A stretch of DNA of 64,000 bases. It comes from Deltaproteobacteria bacterium (lineage in GTDB: Bacteria; Desulfobacterota; Deferrimicrobia; Deferrimicrobiales; Deferrimicrobiaceae). The position numbers were made by a program, and so were the translations under genes. The stretch is from contig JACRMU010000007.1 of assembly GCA_016219515.1 (NCBI GenBank), forward strand, positions 40 to 64,039, written 5' to 3'. This document shows, one piece after another, positions 28,682 to 38,921 of this stretch. Under the pieces are notes generated by a model that saw only the letters and a program-made list of their open reading frames with translations, did no database searches and had not been told where the DNA came from. Numbering within the stretch: the first letter of the stretch is position 1; every line of letters starts with the position of its first letter.

Positions 28682-31600
28682 TTCCGGGACGGGACACGAC
28701 AACCACGTGGACGGGATCAAGACGGTCAAGTTCGGCACGACGCTGCGGACGACGGGAATCAACCAGCAGGCGACCGGCACATACGACAATGCCGCGTACC
28801 GCTGCTACAACACGTATTGCCACAGCAACGACACCGACAACGCCGCCTTCAACACGGCGGCGCAGCAGCCGGAGGACAACACGATCTCGTGGAACTCGGC
28901 TGCGGGCGGCACCTGCCGCACGTGCCACAAGTACACCGCGGCGTCCGGCAACCCGATGGTCAGCAACGCGCACGACAACCACGTGAACAACTACGCCCGG
29001 CTCGGGAAGTACATCGCATGTTATCAGTGTCACTCCGGAACGGTGGACGCCACGGACAACGTTCCGTCGACCCGGAGCTACCTCGACAACCATGTCAACG
29101 GCATCAAGAACGTCTATTTCGGCGCGGGCGTCGGCGCGTATGACAACACCCGGACGTGCCGGAACACCTATTGCCACCAGCAGGGGAACGCGCTGCTGTC
29201 TTCATTAACGCCGGGAGACAACCTGACTCCGGCGTGGACCGACAACTGGGCGTCGCTCTCCACGATCTGCAAGGGATGTCACGGCAGCCAGACGGGGACC
29301 GGTTACAGCAACCCTTCGTACTACGGGGAGCCGAATTACGACAATAATATCGGCAGTTCCGGGGCGCGGAACAGCCACTATGTGCATGTCAACTTGATGG
29401 CCGAGGGGGTGAACTGCCTGAAATGCCACCCGGATGTCGTCACGGCAGGGAACGCCATCGACAACGCGAGTGCGGCGATGCACATGAACGACAACGTGGA
29501 AGTGGCCCCGGGGCTGGGAGAGACGTTCGTCTGGGACCAGGCAACCAAGAGCTGCACGAATATCGTTTGCCACCAGGGAAACTCGACCCCGGTCTATTGG
29601 GGAGGGCCCGTCATCCCTTGTACCGCGTGCCACTCGTTTTCCCCCGTGGGGGAGGCGGCCCCGGCCCGTGTCTCCGGCCCGGCGCCCTCGCAGGGTCCCA
29701 GTCTGGCGTCGTCGCGCGGCGCCAGGTCGGCGACGACGCCGGCGATCGGCCCTGCGGCGTCCACGCTTTCCGTTCCTGCGCCGTCACAGGTTTCCGCTCC
29801 GATCCCGCCCCGGCTTCCGAAGTCCGGACGGCATATCAAGCCCATCGCCAGGATCCGGATCGCCGGCGGCTGGGACAACACGGGCCACGGGCGGACGATG
29901 GGGCACTACGTTTCCGGAAATCCTCCGGCCAACGCGTCGAGCCGTTTCTCCGCCTGCACCAACTACTGCCACTCCAACAACCCCATGTTGACTCCCCACA
30001 CGGACAACGCCGCCGGGCGCAACTTCTTCCGGCTCGCGACGGGCGGGGGGGGCGTCGCCCGGGCGGCGATCGACTGCACCACCGCCAACAACATCTGCAA
30101 CCAGTGCCACGCACTCGGTGGAGCGCTTGCGGCGCAGGCGACGCGGCAGGTCGGGGCGGCGCACTACGGGGCGAAGCACTCCTCGCCGGGAAACAACGGG
30201 GGTTACTTCTGCTGGGATTGTCACGATCCGCACGGGGGGGGGAGCGACTTCATGATCCGGGAGCGCGTGGCGGCGAGGACCGACAGGGGGGCGAACGGCG
30301 CAGGCCTCGGAATTCCGATCGTGACCCGGGCGACGTCGTTCACCGGCTCGGGGACCTACACGTGGAGTTCCTACGTAAAGGCGACCTTCGACGGCCTCTG
30401 CCAGGTCTGCCACTCCGCCGGGACGGGGATCCGGCATTTCCACAACTCGGCGGGCGGGTACGACAACGTTCATAATCCCGGAATCCGGTGCACGACGTGC
30501 CACACCCACAAACTGTCGGTGCCGGTCATCGGTTCCGTTGCCGACGATACGTTCAAGGTGCCCGGGATTTCAGGGAAGCTGGTGGCGGGAGACAAGGTCA
30601 CCGCGGTCCTGGTCGCGGTGCCGGGGGGGAAGGCCTCCTTCGACATGGGGAAGGTCAAGGGGATCCCGATGGCGGAAGTCCCCGCGAGCCCCGGCGGGCC
30701 GGGCATTCCGGCCGTCGACAACGGGACTTACCGGGGGACCTACACGATCCGGCCCGGGGATGACTACATCGAAGGGCGCATCGTCGGGCAGTTCGTGTCC
30801 TCCGACAACGTCGCAGCCGTGCCGCTGGCCTCGGCCTCCAAGTGGACGATCGACACGCAGCCGCGCGTGGCCTACGCCATCGACAAGACGGACCTTCCGG
30901 CCGACTCGGCGAGCAAGGCGAGAGTACGCCTTGTCGTCAAGGACGCCAACGGGAACGTCCTCAAGGGGAGGCGCTTCAAGCTGACGCTGGCGACGACCGA
31001 CGAATACACGGGCCTGGTGGGCGCCGGAAACTTCGGCAAGGACGTGGGGGCGACCGTCGAGGCCCTCTGGCAGGGGCAGACGGACGCCTGGGGGACGGTG
31101 GAATTCGACTACAAGGCGGGGTTCGCGGCGAAGACGGTGATCCTTGCCGCCAAGGACCTCGAATCGGGCGGAGTCGCGGTGGATTACATCACCTCCTACA
31201 AGGAGGCCTCCATCGACATTGCGCTGACCCCGCCCCGCAGCCTTGCCGCCGCGCGCCGCGGGCTGCAGTACATCATCAAGATCGAGGCGACCCGGACGGT
31301 GCTCACGGCCGACGGCCAGAGCCGGTCGGTGATCCGGGCGACGGTGACGGACCCCGGCGGGAAAGCGGTCGCGGGCGACAACGTCGTGTTCACGCTGTCG
31401 AGCCCGAACGGGTCGATACGGACGATCGAAGGGGTCACGAACGCTTCCGGGGTGGCGACGGCGGAGTACATCGCGGGGAAGAAGATCGGGATCGTCGTCG
31501 TCACCGCGACCGATATCCTGAGGAACGTCTCCGCAAGCGTCAGCATCGTCCTCCTGTCGGATGCCCCGGCGAAGATCTATCTCAAGGCGAGGCCCGAGAG

Positions 31601-32159
31601 CCTTCCGGCGGACGGGTTCAGCCGGTCGGACATCCAGGTGAAGGTGACCGACATCAACGACAACCCGAACGACAACACGAAGGTGGAGTTCCGGCTCGCG
31701 AAGGGGACGGGCAAGCTGGATTCCCAGGAGCGGGTGACGGACCGCTTCGGCGAAGCGCTGAACCGGTTTACCGCCGGGACCGTGCCGGGGATCGCGACCG
31801 TCCTTGCGACCGTGCGCTCGAAAGTCCCCACGTTGGCGGAGCTGGCCAAGGCGCAGAACGTCCTCTTCGTCCCGTATTCGGACCAGGGAGAGGAGATCCG
31901 GGTATCCCGATGGCTGAAGAAAAAGGGGGATACCGCCTTGAAGGGGGAGGCCGTCGTGGAGTACACGATCGGCCGGGGCGACACGGTCTACACGCTCAAT
32001 GCGCCGTACGATTGCCGGATCGACTTCCAGTACGTGGAATACTGGGACCGCGCCCAGACCGGCGACACGCTGGCCCAGATCACGCCGGTCGTCATCCCGG
32101 GATCCGCCGGCACGCTGCCGGCGTCGATCCCGGCGAGCCTTTCCCCAAGGAGAAGGTAA
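28682..32159 (+). CDS. Giant multiheme c-type cytochrome, C-terminal segment (about 9 CxxCH plus about 5 CX3-4CH, a P/S/A-rich linker, and tandem bacterial Ig-like domains)
   Basis: Begins ...GHDNHVDGIKTVKFG..., which repeats a motif found upstream (DNHVNGVKNVRF). CRTCH, CYQCH, CKGCH, CLKCH, CTACH, CNQCH, CWDCH, CQVCH and CTTCH. The C-terminal ~550 aa show Big_1/invasin-like repeats (...ADGFSRSDIQVKVTDINDNPNDNTKVEFRL...). Confidence 0.7.
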
Positions 32160-32192
32160 GGGACAGGGCGGCGGTTGTGCGTTTGTCGAAGT

Positions 32193-32213
32193 GGAGGGGG
32201 GGATGCCCCCTCC
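32193..32213 (+). terminator. GC-rich hairpin downstream of the giant cytochrome (possible terminator; the T-rich tract lies about 30 nt further on)
   Basis: GGAGGGGG-GGATG-CCCCCTCC: an 8-bp stem and 5-nt loop. TCTCTTTTTTCC at 32245..32256. Confidence 0.3.
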
Positions 32214-32279
32214 GGACGCCTTGAATATCGCGCTGTTTTACATCTCTCTTTTTTCCGTTCAAGCCGCTTGATTCCGCTG

Positions 32280-32307
32280 TTGTTTCGGCGCTTGTCCTGT
32301 CTATAAT
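32280..32307 (+). promoter_or_regulatory. Candidate sigma70-type promoter for the M6 protease operon (TTGTTT-N16-TATAAT)
   Basis: TTGTTT at 32280..32285, TATAAT at 32302..32307, about 55 nt upstream of the ATG at 32363. Confidence 0.35.
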
Positions 32308-32362
32308 ACTCCCGACGTGCTCGCGGTACGTCGATCGGCGCGCCAAACGCCAGAGGGGTGGC

Positions 32363-35300
32363 ATGACCGGACGGAAAGCTTGGCGTCTATGGATTTGTCT
32401 GCTCACGATCCTGGTCGCGTCCCGGGCGGAAGCCCTCCCCCCCCCACGGCCCGGCCTCGTGGACCCGCATACGCTGCGGTACCGGACCACGGGCCATAAG
32501 GTCCCCGTGCTCCCGAAAGCGGTCCGGGAGCATCGAATTTCTCCCCAAAAGGGGAAGTACCCGCTCGCCGCCGGTTTCTTCGCTGCGACAAGGTCCCTCG
32601 TGGCGGGGACAACGTCCGGCGTGAGGCCCCGCGCGATCCCGACGCCCGCCTCCGGCGCCCTCCGCCCGCTGATCGTGCTGGTCGACTTCGCGGACAAGCC
32701 GCACGATGACGCCGCGCACCCGGCCTCGGCGTACACTCCGCTCTTCTTCGGGAGCGGAGCGAGTGACCTGAGCGTCGCCAACTACTGGAATGAAGTGTCG
32801 TACGGGACGTTCACGCTCACCACGCTGTACAACCCCGACAGCACCTCGGTCGACATCGTCGGGTGGATCCGGCCGGCGGCATCCCCGGCCCTCTCCGGGG
32901 AATTCCGCTCGACGATCGTCTCCTACGCGCAGATCACGGACTCCGTCACGGGCGTCAACCTGACGAACCTGCGCACGCTGGTCACCGACATCGTCGCATA
33001 CCTCGACGGCGCGCCGAACAACCTGGATTTCGCACCGTACGCGGACCCCGCCACGGGGATCGTCCAGTCGCTGATCCTGGTGCACGCGGGGGCAGGGCAG
33101 GAGGACACGGGGAATACCGCGGACCTCTTTTCCCATAGCGCGTCCCTTGCATCTCCGGCCGGGACGAACGATACGGACGCCGGCGGCCATCAGGTCACGG
33201 TGGCCGACTACAGCGCCGTTCCGGAGCAGTTGAGCTTCGACCCCGCGACCGGCGCATCGACCCCCGTCCTCATCGGCGCGGGGGTGATCGCCCACGAAAT
33301 GGGCCACCTGTTCGGCCTTCCGGATCTCTACCCCACGTCCGGAACGTCCGGCCAGACCGGCGGCTACTCGGGAGTCGGCGTTTTCGACCTCATGGGCTAC
33401 GGGCTGTGGGGGAGCAACCTTCTCGCCCGGCCGGACAATCCCGCGCACCTTTCCGCGTGGTCCAAGTCGGACCTGGGGTGGGTCACCCCGACGGTCCTTT
33501 CCGCGACGTCTTCCAATACGCTCCTTCCGGCGGGGTCGACGGCGTCGGCCTACAAGGTGTACCCCAACGGGCCGGGGGACGAGTCGCAATATTTCCTTCT
33601 CGAGCTGAGGGGAAAAGACGGCCCCGGACTCTTCGACCGGTACCTGCCCGGGAACGGGGTGCTCGTCTGGCGCGTGGACTCCGAGCAGATGTCCGGTCAA
33701 CGGTCGGGCAACGCGGCGAACAACGATTCGAGCTTCCCCGCCCTTTCCGTGCAGGAAGCGGATCTCTCCGGCGCAAGCCCGTCGCCGCACCTGTTCCAGC
33801 CGTTCTCCATCGGCGCCGACGCGTTCGGCGCCGCGGGGGATTTCTTCTCCTCCTCGGGTCAGGTCTTCTCCCGGGTCCTGCCGGTGGACGGCCAGAACCT
33901 CACCAATTCCTCTCCGACGATCAACACCTCCTCCGTCAACCACCTCTTCGACGCCGGGTTCCTCGTCACCGTCCGGAATTTCGTCGTGACCATCGTCACC
34001 CGGATCGTGAACGCGGTCTTCGACCTGGCCGTCGAGCTTCCCTATTGGAAGGTCTACCGCTCCACGGATGCCCAGCCGACCCTGAACACCAACAAGACGC
34101 TTTCCTACGGCTTCGACGGTTCGAACCGGACCTGGGTGGGGACGACGGACCAGGGAATCTGGATTTTCGCCTTGACCACGTGGACCCAGATCAACTCGGC
34201 CCTTCTCCGGTCCTCCCGGATCCAGGCGATGGCCTATGAGCCCTCCACCGGCTCCATGTGGGTCGGAACCGATCAGACGGTGGCGAAGATCCGGCTCGAC
34301 CAGGTCCGGAGCGACGAAATCTTTCCCGCTTCCCCCTCCACCATCAACGTGAAGGGGATCCGGATCGCCCGCGACCTGACGAAATGGATCGGAGGGGGGC
34401 GACAGCTTGCGATCGTCACCGATGCCGGGAACAACCAGCCCAGCGGCCTTGCGTACACCGACCTGACTTTCAAGGTCCCCCTCCTGTCGGGCGAGCAGAT
34501 CACCTGCGTGGAGTTGGACAACGTCTTTTCGACGGACCAGACCAAGGACCTTCTGTACATCGGGACGTCCGTGGGGAACATCTACAGGAATTTCCGGGAG
34601 TCGGACAACGCCGTCTTGAGCCTCTACACCCTGTCCCTTCTTTCCTTCGAGAAGATGACCGCGCTGTCGCTGGCGGCCAATGCGCCGGGGGCCGTCAACG
34701 CGATGGCCATCGACAAGACGGGGCTGCTCTGGGTCGCGACCGACCGGGGAGTCTTCGCGTTCGACCGCGGGGACCCTTCGTCTTCCGACCCGGGCATCCG
34801 CTCCGACCGGTACAACCCCTTCGACCTTGCCGGGGACAACTCGGTGACCTCGCTCGTCTACTTCCCTCCCTCGTTCAGCGGGACGGGGGCCCACGGGTCG
34901 GCCGGGTTCATCGAGCCGACCGGCATCGCCTTCCAGGACACGGGACAGGCGCGAAACATCGTCTGGGTGTCCTACGGAGATACCGTCGGCTCCACGGAGT
35001 CGGCTTCCGGGGGCGCGGGGCGGATCGACCCCAACGTCCTCCTGAACACCCGGATCCCCAAGGACAACGCCGCCGGCATCAATGCCGTCGATTCGGCGCG
35101 GATCGGCCATGCGACGATGACGTTCACGAGGAACGCTTCCAGCCCGGAAAAGGGGCCGGCCGTCAACGATCTCATCGCCGCCGCGGGGGACGGCTCCTCC
35201 AACCTGTGGTTCGGGACGAAGAATTCCGGCGCCGTCCGTTTCGGTTCGGGGGCCTCGCTGACCCTCGACAAGACGGTCTACATCAACGATTCCGCCGCCG

Positions 35301-35938
35301 CCGGCGTGACGCTGGTCGACGAAAACGCCGTTACGACCTCCCTGGAGGTGACGGTCACCGGTTCGTCGGACGGGACCGGGTTTTCCATGACGCTTCCCAG
35401 GGGGACGGACAACGTCTACCGCGGCACGTTCGGCTTTTCGACGTCGGCCACCGACAACACGAGGTCGCCCAAGGTAATCCTGGTGAAGAACGGGGATACC
35501 GTGACCGTCAGCTACCGGGACATCAATCCGCCCTCCACCAAGTCCGCTTCCGCCACGTGGAGGAGCGTCTTCCCCTTCCACGACAGCCTGTTCATCGGAG
35601 GATGTTTCCTCTCGACGGCGGCATACGGCTCGGCGATGGCGCCCGAGGTGCAGACGCTCCGGCGTTTCCGGGATGCCTGGCTCCTCCGGGCCCCGGGAGG
35701 GGAAGCGCTCGTGTCCGCGTATTACCGGGTGAGCCCCCCTCTCGCGGCGTTCATCGCCGGGCGGCCGCTTCTGCGGCTTGCGGCAAGGGTGTTCCTCGCC
35801 CCCGCGGTCCTTCTGGCGAATGTCGCCGTGGGCGCGTGCCTTGCGGAGAAAATCGCCTCGTTGCTGATCGTCCTGCTCCTCCCGGGGTTCCTTTTTCTCT
35901 TTCCTCGGCGAACCATCGGACGGGCCGGCCGCCGTTGA
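32363..35938 (+). CDS. M6-family (immune inhibitor A-like) metalloprotease-domain protein with beta-propeller repeats and a conserved C-terminal sorting-like tail
   Basis: Signal peptide. VIAHEMGHLFGLPDLY (HExxHxxGxxDxY, diagnostic of M6/InhA). Later Reg_prop-like repeats (WVGTTDQGIWIF, LLYIGTSVGNIY, LWVATDRGVFAF). C-terminal CFLSTAAYGS...LRRFRD...YYRVSPP... followed by a hydrophobic stretch ending ...PRRTIGRAGRR. Confidence 0.8.
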   Translation: MTGRKAWRLWICLLTILVASRAEALPPPRPGLVDPHTLRYRTTGHKVPVLPKAVREHRISPQKGKYPLAAGFFAATRSLVAGTTSGVRPRAIPTPASGALRPLIVLVDFADKPHDDAAHPASAYTPLFFGSGASDLSVANYWNEVSYGTFTLTTLYNPDSTSVDIVGWIRPAASPALSGEFRSTIVSYAQITDSVTGVNLTNLRTLVTDIVAYLDGAPNNLDFAPYADPATGIVQSLILVHAGAGQEDTGNTADLFSHSASLASPAGTNDTDAGGHQVTVADYSAVPEQLSFDPATGASTPVLIGAGVIAHEMGHLFGLPDLYPTSGTSGQTGGYSGVGVFDLMGYGLWGSNLLARPDNPAHLSAWSKSDLGWVTPTVLSATSSNTLLPAGSTASAYKVYPNGPGDESQYFLLELRGKDGPGLFDRYLPGNGVLVWRVDSEQMSGQRSGNAANNDSSFPALSVQEADLSGASPSPHLFQPFSIGADAFGAAGDFFSSSGQVFSRVLPVDGQNLTNSSPTINTSSVNHLFDAGFLVTVRNFVVTIVTRIVNAVFDLAVELPYWKVYRSTDAQPTLNTNKTLSYGFDGSNRTWVGTTDQGIWIFALTTWTQINSALLRSSRIQAMAYEPSTGSMWVGTDQTVAKIRLDQVRSDEIFPASPSTINVKGIRIARDLTKWIGGGRQLAIVTDAGNNQPSGLAYTDLTFKVPLLSGEQITCVELDNVFSTDQTKDLLYIGTSVGNIYRNFRESDNAVLSLYTLSLLSFEKMTALSLAANAPGAVNAMAIDKTGLLWVATDRGVFAFDRGDPSSSDPGIRSDRYNPFDLAGDNSVTSLVYFPPSFSGTGAHGSAGFIEPTGIAFQDTGQARNIVWVSYGDTVGSTESASGGAGRIDPNVLLNTRIPKDNAAGINAVDSARIGHATMTFTRNASSPEKGPAVNDLIAAAGDGSSNLWFGTKNSGAVRFGSGASLTLDKTVYINDSAAAGVTLVDENAVTTSLEVTVTGSSDGTGFSMTLPRGTDNVYRGTFGFSTSATDNTRSPKVILVKNGDTVTVSYRDINPPSTKSASATWRSVFPFHDSLFIGGCFLSTAAYGSAMAPEVQTLRRFRDAWLLRAPGGEALVSAYYRVSPPLAAFIAGRPLLRLAARVFLAPAVLLANVAVGACLAEKIASLLIVLLLPGFLFLFPRRTIGRAGRR

Positions 35939-37719
35939 TGCGCGGATCCGGATATATCTTATGGATGGTTGCGGCCGCGGTCCTTATGCTGCTGGAAGGC
36001 TCCGCGCGGGGGGCGGGATTGATCAGCGGGAGCTACGAGTTGACCGTCGATGAAACCGTCGACAAGACGGCGAGCGGAACGACCCGGGCCGTCCGGTCGA
36101 AAAACACGCTGGACCTGCGGTACAAGGGATTTCTCGCCCCCGTCATACAGAACGAGCTGACCTTCAAGGTGGAGCAGTTCCGCGATTCGACGGGACCCGA
36201 CACGGTGAAGATCTTCCCGGGGATCTCCCTGGGCTACAAGGGATCGTACTGGAACGCCGGCGCGAAAAGGACGATCGAGGATTCGAACGAGGTCGGGAAG
36301 ACCGCTTCCATCACCGACAGCTACTTCATGGAGGTGTTCCTCGTGCCGCCGAGGAGACTTCCGGACTTCAAGGGGAAGTACACGCTGGAGACGAACTTCC
36401 AGGAGGGATCCACCGATACGCGGAAGACCTCCTGGAACCTGTCGTCCAACTACCGTCCATACGATTGGCTCGACGTGAAGGGGGATTACTCCCGGAACCT
36501 GAACGACGACCGGCTGAAGGCCGACTCGGACACGGAAGAGGAAAGAATCAGCGGAACGGGAGGCATTCGACACTTCATCTCCAACAAGATCAAACTTGAT
36601 ATACAGTACAAGGTGGAAAAGAATACCGGGGCGACTCTCCTGGATGCGGGAGGAGCGAAAAACCAGAAAGAGGAAGAGACGCAGACGGTAAAGAACCTGA
36701 TTGCCTTCCGCCCCTTCAGGGACACGAACGTCGACGCATCCTTCGACGGCGAGCTGAAGGAGAACCACGTGAGCGGGGAGCATAACCTGACCGGCAACTT
36801 CAAGGTTTCCGCCGGGCAGAAGATCGGACAACCGTACGACCTCAAGGCGGATTTCGGGCGGAACATCACGGAAGCGCGTCATACCGCGGACGACAACAAG
36901 AAAACGGAAGACACGGTAACGGTGGATTGGAAGGCGAAATATTCGAGCTTGCTCGATTTTTCCGTGAAATACCTCAAGAAGGACATCGAAGAGGACCATC
37001 CGTTCGACCTGACGAAGAACACGTCGTCCGGGAACGAGGAGTGGACCGCTTCCTGGGTGTCCCAGATCCTGCCCACGTTGAACGCGTCGTTTTCCTACGA
37101 CAAGAACGATACCTTTTCCCGGGGGGCCAAGTCCGCCGTCGACACCCGGTACAACCTGAAAGCCAACGTCGCCCTGAGGGACATCAACCTGACGCTCGAT
37201 CCTTCCTACGAAATCGCATTCAAAAACGACCTGGTGACGATGGTGAAGAGCGAAACGCGGGACTTCCGCGTCGCGCTGACCTACAAGCCGATCGAAACGA
37301 ACAACATCAACTCCCTCCTGTCCCATACGTACGCCCGCAAGGAGGATTCCCTGGCGAACAACATCAACCGGACGGACAGCACGTCGGGAAACGTCACGTG
37401 GAAGGACCCCCTTCCCGGATGGATGATGGGATTCGACATCACCCGGCAGGCGACCGACACGAGCAACGACGATCTCCCGCCGGACATCACCACCAATTTC
37501 GGCGTGAAGGCCTCCTACAAGTACCGGCGGCTGGCGTTCGACACGTCCTACAAGTACGACAAGAAGAAGATCTCCGACGACAGCGAAAGCTTCGACGTGA
37601 AGGTGGGCTGGACGGCGCCCTCCTGGGACGCCAGTCTCACCTACGCCTTCAAGAGGACGTTCTCCGTGGCTCCGAACGAGGGACAAAGCATCGGTTTCGC
37701 TTTCCGATACGTTTTTTAA
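35938..37719 (+). CDS. Putative outer-membrane beta-barrel protein
   Basis: Signal peptide and alternating amphipathic beta-strand pattern throughout. Terminal ...FAFRYVF with C-terminal Phe. ATG overlaps the upstream stop. Confidence 0.55.
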   Translation: MRGSGYILWMVAAAVLMLLEGSARGAGLISGSYELTVDETVDKTASGTTRAVRSKNTLDLRYKGFLAPVIQNELTFKVEQFRDSTGPDTVKIFPGISLGYKGSYWNAGAKRTIEDSNEVGKTASITDSYFMEVFLVPPRRLPDFKGKYTLETNFQEGSTDTRKTSWNLSSNYRPYDWLDVKGDYSRNLNDDRLKADSDTEEERISGTGGIRHFISNKIKLDIQYKVEKNTGATLLDAGGAKNQKEEETQTVKNLIAFRPFRDTNVDASFDGELKENHVSGEHNLTGNFKVSAGQKIGQPYDLKADFGRNITEARHTADDNKKTEDTVTVDWKAKYSSLLDFSVKYLKKDIEEDHPFDLTKNTSSGNEEWTASWVSQILPTLNASFSYDKNDTFSRGAKSAVDTRYNLKANVALRDINLTLDPSYEIAFKNDLVTMVKSETRDFRVALTYKPIETNNINSLLSHTYARKEDSLANNINRTDSTSGNVTWKDPLPGWMMGFDITRQATDTSNDDLPPDITTNFGVKASYKYRRLAFDTSYKYDKKKISDDSESFDVKVGWTAPSWDASLTYAFKRTFSVAPNEGQSIGFAFRYVF

Positions 37720-37745
37720 TACCGGGCACGATCAAGGAGAGAAGA

Positions 37746-38813
37746 ATGAAAAACTGGAAGAGGATGGCGTGGCTGATCGTGGTGACGGCTCTCGTGGCGG
37801 GCTGCTCGCGGCCGGTGATCCGTGAGCACGCTCAACCCTCCAAGGCCAAGGATACCTACCTTCGCATCAAGCGGGTCGCGATCTTCCCACTGGAAAACTA
37901 TTCGGAGACCCGGGACGCGGAGAAGATGGTGGACGCCCTCCTGGTGCCTGCGCTCCGGCTGGAGAAGGTCTTCAACGAAGTGGAGGATACGCGGTTCACC
38001 CGCGACGTGATGAAGAAGCTGAAGATCACCGGGACGGACATCCTGGAAAAGGAGGTCGTCCGGAAGCTGGGCGACGAAATGAACGTCCAGGCGATCGTTT
38101 ACGGGAAGATCCTCGGCTACGGAAAGGGGAAGGAGAAGGATGCGTCCTCCCAGGTGACGATGGATATGGCCATGGTCGAGCCCTCCACGGGGAGCGTTCT
38201 CTGGGTGGGGAACGTGTCGGCGATCGGCGGGCTGACCGCCGGGAAGATCTTCGGCGTCACGGAAGGGAAGACCGACGTGGAAGTGGCCAGGGATGCGGTT
38301 CGCGCCCTGGCCTCCCGGCTTGCCGACGAAATCCGCCGGGCGCGGGAACAGGAACGGAAGGGGATCGTCGCGGAGCTGAAGAAGGAAGAGGAGATCGAAA
38401 AGGCGAGGCTGGACAAGCTGAAGGGGGAGACCGGGAAGATCCAGGAGCAGCTGGACAAGGCGAAGGCGGAGGCCGGCGCGATCAGGGACGCCGCCTCGAA
38501 AGAGGCCCAGGCGGTCAAATCGGACCTGGAAATGCAGAAGGCGGCGCTGGACGCGGAGAAGGCGAGGACGACGTCCGCGCAGCAGGATATCGAAAAAGAG
38601 AAGATGAAGGTGGAGATGGAAAAGAGAAAGATCGAGGAGGATGCGAAGAGGATCGGGGAGGAAAAGAAACGGCTGGAAGAGCTGAAGAAGAAATCCGAGG
38701 GTGCGATCAAGGAGGAGCCGGTCAAGGAGGGCGCTTCCCCGGCCGCGCCGGCCCCTGCGCCGGCCGCGCCCGCTCCGCCTCCCGCCGCGCCCGCGGGAAC
38801 ACCGGCGCAATAG
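37746..38813 (+). CDS. Lipoprotein with an N-terminal CsgG/LpoB-like globular domain, a K/E-rich coiled coil and an A/P-rich C-terminus
   Basis: Lipobox LVAGCS. ...RVAIFPLENYSETRDAEKMVDALLVPAL... Long EEIEKARLDKLKGETGKIQEQLDKAKAEAG... coiled coil. C-terminal PAAPAPAPAAPAPPPAAPAG. Confidence 0.55.
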   Translation: MKNWKRMAWLIVVTALVAGCSRPVIREHAQPSKAKDTYLRIKRVAIFPLENYSETRDAEKMVDALLVPALRLEKVFNEVEDTRFTRDVMKKLKITGTDILEKEVVRKLGDEMNVQAIVYGKILGYGKGKEKDASSQVTMDMAMVEPSTGSVLWVGNVSAIGGLTAGKIFGVTEGKTDVEVARDAVRALASRLADEIRRAREQERKGIVAELKKEEEIEKARLDKLKGETGKIQEQLDKAKAEAGAIRDAASKEAQAVKSDLEMQKAALDAEKARTTSAQQDIEKEKMKVEMEKRKIEEDAKRIGEEKKRLEELKKKSEGAIKEEPVKEGASPAAPAPAPAAPAPPPAAPAGTPAQ

Positions 38814-38921
38814 GGTAGCCCTCGTTCGGGAAATGCGGGCCAAGGGACGAAAAAGGGAGAATCCGGCGCTCCGCCGGCCTGTCCGGCGGGAGCGTCGATC
38901 GAACATCGAGAGGAGAAGAAT

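Noticed and set aside
28383-28700. Calling two independent cytochrome genes (23821..28986 and 28383..32159) as given by the ORF track
   Set aside because: The 3' part of the first ORF and the 5' part of the second are both compositional nonsense, and only a single frame switch near 28680 gives continuous cytochrome motifs. I interpret it as one gene with an indel.
38813-38921. Hairpin CCGCCGG-CCTGT-CCGGCGG after the coiled-coil lipoprotein gene, considered as a terminator
   Set aside because: There is no U-tract downstream and the next gene is co-directional about 100 nt away. It is more likely an intercistronic structure or chance GC pairing.
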